From an uncultured Bacteroidota bacterium (GTDB taxonomy: Bacteria; Bacteroidota; Bacteroidia; Chitinophagales; Chitinophagaceae), in assembly GCA_963711345.1 (NCBI GenBank), contig CAVQDS010000002.1, positions 717,869 to 781,868 on the forward strand: 64,000 bases of DNA. Reading direction: 5' to 3'. Position numbers and translations under genes: made by a program. This document shows positions 49,840-58,360 of the stretch, one piece after another. The notes beneath the pieces were generated by a model. The model was given only the letters and a program-made list of their open reading frames with translations, was not told the DNA's origin and ran no database searches. Every line of letters starts with the position of its first letter. Position 1 is the first letter of the stretch.

Positions 49840-50766
49840 ATGAACGAAAGCATATTAATAACCGGAGCAAATATTGGGCTTGGGAAAGAGACTGCCCGAC
49901 AGTTAGCCTTGAAAAAAGAAACAAAAAAGGTAATTCTTTTCTGCAGAAATCAAGTGAAAGCCGAGGAGGCAAAAAAAGAGCTTGAGGAGAAAACGGAAAG
50001 AAAGATTTTTGAAATTATTATTGGAGATGTTTCTGATGCAGATTCTGTAAGAAAAGCGGTAGAAAAAATAAAGGAACCTATTGATGCAGTAATTTTAAAT
50101 GCAGGTGGAATGGTGGGGAAAACGGCTGCGAAACTTACGCCTTCCGGAATGAATGACTTAGCTGCCACAAATATTTTAGGCCATGTAATTTTAGTGGAAG
50201 AATTAATAAAACATGATAAGTTGAAAAAAGCAGTACTATCAGTCAGTGCGGAAGCTGTACCAGGAGTAAAGATGCTCGGAATGAAACCGGTGGCAATGAA
50301 AACTTCTTCTGTAGATGAGTTTGCTGCTGTGCTTGACGGTTCATATTTTGGTAATAAATTTGATGTAACTCAAGCATACGGATATGTCAAATATGCAGCA
50401 ACCATGTGGACCTTATCAATGGCAAGAAAATATCCTGACCTCAAATTTGTTGTTGTGAGTCCCGGGAACACAAAAGGAACTCAGGCACCAAATAATCTTC
50501 CCCCGGCAATGAAATTTATGTTGAAGTATTTTATGATGCCTGTTGTATTCCCATTGATAGGGGGAATGGTGCATAAGTTGGAAGTAGGTGCAAAACGTTT
50601 TGTAGATGGCATTTCGGATGAGCGATATAAAAGTGGCGTTTTTTATGCAAGTAAAGAGGGTAAGTTATCAGGGGATATGGTTGACCAGAGCACTTTTTAT
50701 ACTGATTTGAAAAATAATTCATTTCAAGATAACGCTGATCGAGCAATTCACCGGTTTATAAAATAG
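49840..50766 (+). CDS. SDR-family oxidoreductase
   Basis: The N-terminal Rossmann motif is ITGANIGLGKE. It has NAGG and a Y..xxxK-type active-site region (YGYVKYA). Confidence 0.8.
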   Translation: MNESILITGANIGLGKETARQLALKKETKKVILFCRNQVKAEEAKKELEEKTERKIFEIIIGDVSDADSVRKAVEKIKEPIDAVILNAGGMVGKTAAKLTPSGMNDLAATNILGHVILVEELIKHDKLKKAVLSVSAEAVPGVKMLGMKPVAMKTSSVDEFAAVLDGSYFGNKFDVTQAYGYVKYAATMWTLSMARKYPDLKFVVVSPGNTKGTQAPNNLPPAMKFMLKYFMMPVVFPLIGGMVHKLEVGAKRFVDGISDERYKSGVFYASKEGKLSGDMVDQSTFYTDLKNNSFQDNADRAIHRFIK

Positions 50767-50807
50767 TAGTGCGTCTGCTGGGACACTATAAATGCCATCT
50801 AAAAATT

Positions 50808-50990
50808 CGTCACTAATCTGTCGCTAATTCCCCGCAAACCCCCTGGAATCGCGGGACAGCACTTTTTGTATCGCCGTGAATTGGAAATACCGGGAATTCG
50901 CAAAATCTTGAAAAACAATGAGAGAGCTTACAGGCGAAACCACCAAAAGCAGGTGAGCTCACCGGAATAGAGTTTTACAAATGCCAGACC
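50808..50990 (+). repeat. Junction J11: Box A + partial core + type-3 arm
   Basis: It reads cgtcactaatctgtcgctaattccccgcaaaccccctggaatcgcgggacagcac, then ttttgtatcg (50864-50873), then the arm with acaggcgaaaccaccaaaagcaggtgagctcaccgga. The palindrome ggtgagctcacc is at 50952-50963. Confidence 0.8.
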
Positions 50991-51027
50991 GATTCTAATA
51001 ACATCAGTTCGAAACTGGAAGATTTTT

Positions 51028-51918
51028 TTAAGTGCTAATTTCAAGCTTATATCCTTTTCCGCGTATAACAACAATCTTGATGTTCGGATCAAATTCCATT
51101 TTTTTTCTAAGTTTTGATATGAACATATCGAGACTACGGCCTACTATAACACCTTCGTCTTCCCATATCTCTTTTTGTAGTCGGCTTCGCTCTATAGCCT
51201 CGTTAGGAGACAACGCAAAAATGCGTAGTACACGGGTTTCAGTTTTGGTCAGTTCTATGGTCCTTCCATTTATCAGTAACTTACGAGTCTCAGCGTCAAA
51301 CGACATTGACCCTAAAGTGAATATACCAGTATGCTGACTGTCAGCTAAGGCCCGCCGCGGCTTAACAGTTCTTAAAAAAATAAATCCAACAAATGTTAAA
51401 ATTGTCAGGCTGCCCAGAACATATCCATTCTTTGCTGTATTTATTGCTGTCGGTTTAAATTTAATATTGATTATGTAACATCCTTTGGGTTGCACTCTTC
51501 CTCTACAAGCTACAATATCATCTTTTTTATTGTTGGATATAGCGTATCCATAGGCTACATTGGAGTTACCACAGTTCAGAACGTTGACTACATAATCACG
51601 TGCGAGCGGGCCTTTGGCCAACAAACGCCGGGTAATATTCACGAGCGAGTCCGGTTGAAAAGTAAACTCATTCTCAAACCTGATCTGGTATTCATTTTCG
51701 GTGATCTTTTTTATCGGAAGTACCCTTGATTTGTTGTCGCCCGACTGTGTGAGTAGTTCATCTCCTATCTTCCGAAGCAAAACTTCCCTCCTGGCGATAT
51801 CAAAGTCGTCACTGCCGGTCATACTGAATGCCGCGTAGATCACAGAGATAAACGAGAGTAATAACAATCCGCACAGGTACTTGCGTTTCCCGGAGAGGAG
51901 ATTTCGGCTACCAAACAT
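51028..51918 (-). CDS. Membrane-anchored transcriptional regulator with a C-terminal OmpR/PhoB-type winged helix
   Basis: Two TM segments (LCGLLLLSFISVIYAAF, VLGSLTILTFVGFIFL) flank a ~140-aa domain. The C-terminus reads LTKTETRVLRIFALSPNEAIERSRLQKEIW..MFISKLRKKM..IVVIRGKGYKLE (Trans_reg_C-like). Confidence 0.7.
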   Translation of the reverse strand: MFGSRNLLSGKRKYLCGLLLLSFISVIYAAFSMTGSDDFDIARREVLLRKIGDELLTQSGDNKSRVLPIKKITENEYQIRFENEFTFQPDSLVNITRRLLAKGPLARDYVVNVLNCGNSNVAYGYAISNNKKDDIVACRGRVQPKGCYIINIKFKPTAINTAKNGYVLGSLTILTFVGFIFLRTVKPRRALADSQHTGIFTLGSMSFDAETRKLLINGRTIELTKTETRVLRIFALSPNEAIERSRLQKEIWEDEGVIVGRSLDMFISKLRKKMEFDPNIKIVVIRGKGYKLEIST

Positions 51919-52055
51919 AGTATTTACGATTTATTTACAAAGGTTACATTTTTATTTACAATGCAGGTTCCTCAGGCTGAAACATATCAAAGTATTTTTG
52001 TTGCACCTGCTTTAATAGGATATGAAAATCTATGTTAATTAAACCTACAAAAAAT

Positions 52056-52598
52056 ATGAAAAAAGTTATTTATGTGCTGATCTTATCGTTGGTTGTGGTA
52101 AGCGGACTAGTATTTGCCAATCGCGAAATTAAAAATGAAACTTCTAAAAGACCAATCCCACTTCCCCCCTCTGCTGCTGAAATGAAAGCCGAATTGAAAA
52201 AATGGGAGGCTACCCCTGATGGTATAAAGTTCAAAAAATGGGAAGCGTCTCCTGAAGGTAAAAAAGTGCTTGCCGGTGCTGCTAAAATAAGTAACCATAT
52301 AAGTGCTTCTGCCAATATGGATGCTGTTGTAACCTCTCTTTCTCTTCCGCCAGGCTCACGATTAGGTTTCGGACTGATGGTCAGGATTAATGGTGACGAT
52401 TATATTCTTAGTTTTGGGCTGGAAAAGTCTAATGAATTTCAGCAATTGCATAGTCTGAAAGTTGACGACAAAATAGTTATAAGAAGCCATTTTGAATCGT
52501 ATGCGCCGAAGTATTCATATCCAATAGTATCGGGCGACTATGTAGAACGAGATAGTAAAATAATTTATGAACGTGCCCCTCGCAAAGGCGGTTGCTGA
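52056..52598 (+). CDS. Hypothetical secreted protein
   Basis: The ATG at 52056 gives MKKVIYVLILSLVVVSGLVFA. There is an internal duplication KKWEATPDGIKFKKWEASPEG. I recognise no domain. Confidence 0.45.
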   Translation: MKKVIYVLILSLVVVSGLVFANREIKNETSKRPIPLPPSAAEMKAELKKWEATPDGIKFKKWEASPEGKKVLAGAAKISNHISASANMDAVVTSLSLPPGSRLGFGLMVRINGDDYILSFGLEKSNEFQQLHSLKVDDKIVIRSHFESYAPKYSYPIVSGDYVERDSKIIYERAPRKGGC

Positions 52599-52817
52599 GT
52601 AAATAAATTATGAAATACATATGCCTTACCCGAGGAGTGTCTGCAACGGACCCCCTGTTTGATCATTCCCAATTACGAGAATATATTCCTCAGCGAACTG
52701 TGAACTAACCGTTATTTAGTGAATGGTTTGAAATTTCCATTAATACAATGATTTTTGATACTGTTGACGGTCTAATTGACAAAGAAGAATAAGGCACGAA
52801 AACCGGTACGAATTCTG

Positions 52818-52930
52818 TATGAACCCGCTAATCCTGCGCGAGGGCCGTTTCTGTATCGGGAAGTGACCACTGGTTGACGGGCGGGACTACTATACTGTTA
52901 CAAAATTCAGTTTTTTGGATTTACTCAGCG
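52818..52930 (+). repeat. Junction J12 (degenerate): residual Box A + core + short type-2-like arm + Box B-like segment
   Basis: It reads ..cccgctaatcctgcgcgagggccgttt, then ctgtatcgggaagtgac (52851-52867), then cactggttgacgggcggga, then tactatactgttacaaaattcagttttttggatttactca (compare 33500-33540). Confidence 0.6.
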
Positions 52931-53107
52931 ACCAATCCATCCCAGCAACTTCAGACGCTACTACAAATCTACTATACAGCATTAGTACCCACGGCAGTAT
53001 TATGACTTCCTACCGTAAAAATTGCGGCTAATGTGGGACTTATTGCAAAGATTTATTTATCCGGGGAAGCGGTATTGAGATTTTTTGATCAATTTTACTA
53101 TGGGTCA

Positions 53108-54679
53108 ATGATCATCATGAAAAGGAAATATAAATTTGGTTTTATCTTCTTTTTAATCTTTATCCAAAACTATACGTCTTGTAACTATTCTCCTGATAAT
53201 AATACGCAGAAAGCAATTATGGATTCAAGTGTGCGTAGGGGAAAATTACTGGCTTCAAGCTATTGTCAAACCTGTCATCAATTGCCCGATCCTGCGCTTC
53301 TTGATAAGAACCTATGGTTAAAAGGAGTATTACCCGAAATGGGCCCCAGGCTGGGCGTTTTTGTATTTAAAGGCCATTTTTATCCGTCTAGTATTAACGA
53401 TATTAATATTGGGAGAAAATTTTATCCTTCTGCTCCCTTGGTAACTAATAAACAATGGTAGGATATTATCAACTATTATTGGTATTCGGCACCTGATTCT
53501 CTGGCTTCCATTAATCGTAAGAACACGATTAAATCAGGTTCGACTCTGTTCAGTGTGCAAACACCGCCATTAAAATTTAGCGCCTCAACCAGTTGTATGG
53601 TACGTTTCGATACGTCTGACAAACAAAAAATGATTCTGTTGGGTAAGTCAAAACCTCCGGGCATTTACAGATATAATCCGGGGTTACAATTAATGGATTC
53701 TCTTGTCACCAAAGGGCCGATTGTGGATGTACAGTTGGTGAGGGGAACTATGATCGTTTGTAATATCGGAAATCTTTATCCGAATGACGCGAAACTTGGC
53801 AGCATAGAAAAATTTAATTTTTCCGACTTTAATAAAAGAAGGCGCGGAGAAGTTCTCTTATTTGATAAACTGGCCAGACCGGTTCAGGTCGTAGCATCTG
53901 ATCTTAACCAGGATAAGAAAATGGATTATCTCGTCTGTGGGTTTGGAAATCTTCTGGGCTCGTTGTCCTGGTTCGAAAATAAAGGAAACGGAAAGTTCAC
54001 GCAACATATTTTACGATCTACGCCAGGCGCAATAAAAGTATACATAGGGGACTATAATCATGATGGATTGCCCGATATCTGGGCATTATTCGCCCAGGGA
54101 GATGAATGCATCATGTTGTTCACAAATAAAGGCAATGGAAATTTTGAAGGAAAAAAAATATTACAGTTTCCCGCAATTTACGGTTCAACTTATTTTGAAC
54201 TCGATGATTTTAACAAAGATGGGTTTCCTGATATTTTATATACCTGCGGGGATAATGCAGATTATTCCCCTGTATTAAAACCATATCATGGGATATATAT
54301 TTTTATGAATGATGGAACAAATCATTTCAATCAAAGTTATTTTTTTCCAATGTATGGATGTATGAAAGCCATGGCACGGGATTTTGATGGAGATGGAGAC
54401 CTGGACATTGCCGCTATTTCATTCTTTGCCGATAATTCGCATCACCCGGAAGAAGGTTTTTTTTATCTGGAGAATATTGGAAAATTTCAATTTCAACCGT
54501 ATACATTGAAAGAAACTACCGTAGGAAGGTGGTTAACTATGGATGTGGGTGATTTTTACAGGTTGGGGAGACCTGATATCGTATTGGGTAACTTTAATTC
54601 AGGCAGTCACATTTTTATAAATGCCGCCCGCAAAACTCCGTCACCGTCTTTCATGGTTTTAAGAAATACAATAAAATAA
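53108..54679 (+). pseudogene. FG-GAP/VCBS-repeat protein with an N-terminal CxxCH motif; interrupted by an in-frame TAG
   Basis: ORFs 53033-53461 and 53555-54679 are in the same frame and are separated only by TAG at 53459-53461 (..NKQW-TAG-DIINYYWYSAPD..). It has a CQTCH motif and FG-GAP-like DxDGDGxxD repeats (DFDGDGDLDI, DYNHDGLPDI, DFNKDGFPDI). Confidence 0.7.
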
Positions 54680-54705
54680 AGAAGAGAATGTTTTTGATTC
54701 CTTTT

Positions 54706-54792
54706 TTAAGCTTATCCTGCCAAAGGCGGGACTCCTGATCTATTACTAAATCTTCTTTCTCAGATTTCTCTATTTTAGGTAGCCAGATTATG
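54706..54792 (+). repeat. Junction remnant J13: type-2 hairpin + Box B + Box C only
   Basis: It reads taagcttatcctgccaaaggcgggactcctgatctattactaaatct...ttaggtagccagattatgtg. The hairpin cctgccaaaggcggg is at 54716-54730. Confidence 0.65.
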
Positions 54793-54964
54793 TGAAGGCT
54801 CCCCTTCTTTCCGGGCCATTCATTATTAGAGTTTTCCAGTTTTTAGTAATTACAGGGAAACGGATTGTTTCCCTTCAACAAACTATTTCGTCTAATTCCT
54901 GGGGATCTATTAAAGGACAGGTCAAAGGAGTGAAAGACGCGACTTTGTAACAAAACATTTTTTA

Positions 54965-56035
54965 ATGACAAACACCTGGCATATGACAACGAAAACCTGG
55001 CATTTTGCATTCATCTCAATGGTGACATTATGTTTATCCGGATGCATTAAAACAAATACGCCTGATCCCTCAAAAATCATTCAGGTAATCACGTTGGACC
55101 CGACTGATATAGAGCAAAGAGTTACCACAAGTGGTGGTACAATTTCTTTTACCGGTGCAGTTACACCCATTACCGCATATGGCGTTTGTTGGAGCAAAAC
55201 GTCAGAACCCACTATTGCTGATAATAAAACCGTCGACAGTCTGACCCCGGCTCGCTTTAGCAGTTTATTGACTGGTTTAATACCAGGTACTACCTATTAT
55301 GTTAGAGCGTATGCTACGATTGCTGACGGGACTGTATACGGCAATGAATTCTCATTTAATTCATTGCAAGTAGCACTTCCTTCGGTCAGTCTGGTTAGTG
55401 TTAATTCGGTTACTCAAACTACCGCACAGGCAAATTATACTGTTTCTTCCGACGGAGGTGCGGTTATTTTATCACGTGGAATATGCTGGAGTACGAACCC
55501 AAACCCTACTACTTCCGAAAGCAGGACCAAACATGGATTATCTGGTATGGGAGGATTTGCAGATTCATTGAATGGCTTAACTGAAAATACCATTTATAAT
55601 ATAAGGCCCTATGCAACCAATTCTCAGGGAACGGCGTATGGCGATGAACTAACTTTTACCACTTCAATATCAGGGATAACTTTAGATTTAGTAACACAAA
55701 TTGGTTCCATAATTCCAAATGCTGACACCGTCATGGCCATTGGCATTTTGTTACCAGTGACTCTGTTGCCCTCTGTTTTATCATATGGAGTTTGTTGGAG
55801 TGTATCGCCTAACCCATCCATTACGGACAATCACTCATTTGGTACCGATATTAAACAATACAAATATGTTCCCCAGCCAAGTAGGGGAAGAGGACAAACT
55901 TACCCCAATATAAGTGACCTTCGATTTCACAGTCCAATGACAGATTTACAAAGTGGAATTACATACTATTGTCGTGTTTTCGTAACTACTTCTGCAGGGA
56001 CCGGATATGGGCAAATGACTTCCTTCAGGTTATGA
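54965..56035 (+). CDS. Lipoprotein with three tandem ~95-aa repeats, unknown function
   Basis: The lipobox is LCLSGC. The repeats are of the form YGVCWS..P....N......F...LTGL.PGTTYYVRAYAT...GT.YG.E..F. Confidence 0.5.
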   Translation: MTNTWHMTTKTWHFAFISMVTLCLSGCIKTNTPDPSKIIQVITLDPTDIEQRVTTSGGTISFTGAVTPITAYGVCWSKTSEPTIADNKTVDSLTPARFSSLLTGLIPGTTYYVRAYATIADGTVYGNEFSFNSLQVALPSVSLVSVNSVTQTTAQANYTVSSDGGAVILSRGICWSTNPNPTTSESRTKHGLSGMGGFADSLNGLTENTIYNIRPYATNSQGTAYGDELTFTTSISGITLDLVTQIGSIIPNADTVMAIGILLPVTLLPSVLSYGVCWSVSPNPSITDNHSFGTDIKQYKYVPQPSRGRGQTYPNISDLRFHSPMTDLQSGITYYCRVFVTTSAGTGYGQMTSFRL

Positions 56036-56444
56036 GTCCATGATTGGCCATTATCAATTTTAATTTTTCAAGGTCAGGAGGACCACCTGCATTTGCAATT
56101 TCTGCAACCTCTTTAAAGAAAATAGAACCAAGTAAGGCAGGAGTAATTATTGCCAAAGCTTTGGCATCCTCTTGTCCCAGATTATCAAAACCATGAACAG
56201 CGCCACGGGGAACAAAACAAGTTTCACCAGGAGCTATTGTCATAGTTTTTCCATCAATTGTATAAGTCATAATCCCTTCCAATCCATAGATAGTTTCATC
56301 AAAATGGTCATGGTAGTGAGGTATGGGTACTTTGGCTCCTGCCGGAACTGTAAATTCAAACATCGCTGCAGAACCATTGGTATCAGGCGCTTCCATTATG
56401 AAGTCAATTAAAATTTGCCCGGCCTGAATGGTTTCTTTTTTCAT
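56025..56444 (-). CDS. Cupin-domain protein
   Basis: The ATG at 56444 (MKKETIQAG..) is the preferred start. The cupin motifs are PHYHDHFDETIYGLEG and GETCFVPRGAVHGF. Confidence 0.75.
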   Translation of the reverse strand: MKKETIQAGQILIDFIMEAPDTNGSAAMFEFTVPAGAKVPIPHYHDHFDETIYGLEGIMTYTIDGKTMTIAPGETCFVPRGAVHGFDNLGQEDAKALAIITPALLGSIFFKEVAEIANAGGPPDLEKLKLIMANHGLIT

Positions 56445-56513
56445 GATAAATATTTTTTTGCAGTACAAACTTATTGGCAGGAAATAAGAAAGCCCTTGAT
56501 TCAAATCAAGAAT

Positions 56514-57128
56514 TTATTTTTGAGTAATTTTCTTTCTAATGCGGCTTAATGTTTCCGGTTTCATGGCTAAATAAGATGCAATGTGGTATAATGGTATTCG
56601 TTGAAGTAAGTAAGGTTCTTCCTTTATAAAACGTAAATATTTCTCTTCAGGAGTTTCAACTGTAGCTTCTGCAAGCCGCTTTTTTAGCATATAATTGGTA
56701 TCCTGCTGTGATCTGATAAAACCCATCGTAAAAGAACTGATCTGAGTTACTGCAAATATCCAATTTTTCTGATTTATCATTTGAAGCTTACTGTCTTCAA
56801 GTGCCTGTAAATTTAATTCTGTAGGAGTATTATCCAGAAAACTTACAAGCTCACTGGCCCATCCATTTTCCACTTTGAAATAAATAGTACGCTCCTCTCC
56901 ATTGTTATTAATATAGTATTGTCTCAAACATCCTTTTTCTATAAAATATACGTATTTGGCGATATCTCCTTCCTGAAAAAGGTGTTCGTTTTTTTTAACC
57001 TCAACCGTCTCAAATAATGGAATTAGCGGGGCGCAATCTTTGTCAGAAAATTTAAAAACTTGAATTAACTGACTTAAAAGCGATGAGTTGTACATATCGT
57101 TAGTTTGGGCGCCTAAAATATTCCTCAT
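56514..57128 (-). CDS. Crp/Fnr-family transcriptional regulator
   Basis: It has a cNMP-binding-like N-terminal domain (..LFQEGDIAKYVYFIEKGCLRQYY..) and a C-terminal HTH (..HIASYLAMKPETLSRIRKK). Confidence 0.8.
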   Translation of the reverse strand: MRNILGAQTNDMYNSSLLSQLIQVFKFSDKDCAPLIPLFETVEVKKNEHLFQEGDIAKYVYFIEKGCLRQYYINNNGEERTIYFKVENGWASELVSFLDNTPTELNLQALEDSKLQMINQKNWIFAVTQISSFTMGFIRSQQDTNYMLKKRLAEATVETPEEKYLRFIKEEPYLLQRIPLYHIASYLAMKPETLSRIRKKITQK

Positions 57129-57380
57129 TGGCGTTTTTGGTGGAATTTGACAAACGCCAGCCCGGAATCAATGCCGAAAAAATTATAAAAGATGAAGATA
57201 AGAATCGCAACTAAATTATATCATAATTTAGAGTCATGGGGCAGCCAATGGCGATAGTGCTAATTCTTCTTTTATCTGAGTAGCTTTTTTCAAGATAGCT
57301 TCTGCAAACTCTTCCAGATCCAGTTTAAAAAGAGTCGGTACAATTCAAACCCGGAAATACAAACATATAACTTAACAATT

Positions 57381-58220
57381 ATGAAAAATCTACACATTCT
57401 TTTCGTTCTTCTTTGTATCCAAATAAGTTCTTTTGCTCAAAATTCTAATGAATATGAAGTATATGCAATCCGGTTTGGGACAGAGGGGTCGCGTCAGCCG
57501 CTTTCGATTGCGGCAGCAGGCGCTTCTGACAAGGACAGTGTTCAGTTTTGCATGATGTTTTGGCTGCTGATAGGAAACGGTAAGCATATTTTAGTAGATG
57601 CCGGCCACATGCGATACAATAGCAACGACAGTGGTCTCTGGAAAAGTTATGTAAGACCCGATAGCGCATTGCTGAGAATGGGTATTAAAACAACAGAAAT
57701 TACTGACATCATCATTACTCATCCACATTATGACCATATAGGAGGGATTGTATTATTCCCATCTGCTCAGGTATGGATGCAAAAAGACGATTATGACTAC
57801 TTTGTAGGTGCTGCGTGGCAGAAGAATGGGTTTAATGAAGGTCTTAATAAAGAAGATGTAAAAAATATTGTTGCTAAGAACCTTGAAGGAAAATTAACCC
57901 TGATCAAAGGTGATAGTATTGAAATTTTTCCGGGTATCAGGGCATTCATTGGATCGAAACATACCTGGGAATCACAACATCTCCTCGTTAATACTAAAAC
58001 AGATAAAGTAATTCTTGCTTCAGATGATTGTTGGTTTTATTACAATGTTGAACATTTACTGCCTATAACCCATTACCTATTTGATCCGGAAGCTTACGTG
58101 AAACAATTGAAAAGAATGAGGGTCCTTCAACCCAATATTTCATTGATTATTCCAGGACATGATCCTCTTGTATTTTCCAAATTCCCTAAAGTAGCGGAAG
58201 GAATTGTTAAGATTAGATAG
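57381..58220 (+). CDS. MBL-fold metallo-hydrolase (lactonase-like), secreted
   Basis: It has a signal peptide, an HxHxDH motif (THPHYDHIGG) and a downstream H/D (PGHDP). Confidence 0.8.
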   Translation: MKNLHILFVLLCIQISSFAQNSNEYEVYAIRFGTEGSRQPLSIAAAGASDKDSVQFCMMFWLLIGNGKHILVDAGHMRYNSNDSGLWKSYVRPDSALLRMGIKTTEITDIIITHPHYDHIGGIVLFPSAQVWMQKDDYDYFVGAAWQKNGFNEGLNKEDVKNIVAKNLEGKLTLIKGDSIEIFPGIRAFIGSKHTWESQHLLVNTKTDKVILASDDCWFYYNVEHLLPITHYLFDPEAYVKQLKRMRVLQPNISLIIPGHDPLVFSKFPKVAEGIVKIR

Positions 58221-58360
58221 CTGTAAAATGAATTCAAAAAAGAACTGCTTATATCAGATTTTTTATGGCGTCTCACTTGAAATTCCGAATAGCAAAATCT
58301 CTATAATTTCTTATGAGTCGATACAATTTCATAACTGCCAAAAATGATTATTTATGAAAC

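Noticed and set aside
43124-53461. The idea that TAG is reassigned or recoded in this organism.
   Set aside because: TAG terminates well-defined genes in the same window, namely exbB, exbD-2 and the 14311-15012 ORF, at positions matching the expected protein ends. Global reassignment is therefore excluded. Only rare local readthrough remains conceivable.
53525-53550. A T-loop-like string (aggttcgactctg) that could hint at a tRNA.
   Set aside because: I could not build an acceptor or anticodon stem around it. It also lies inside the continuous FG-GAP reading frame.
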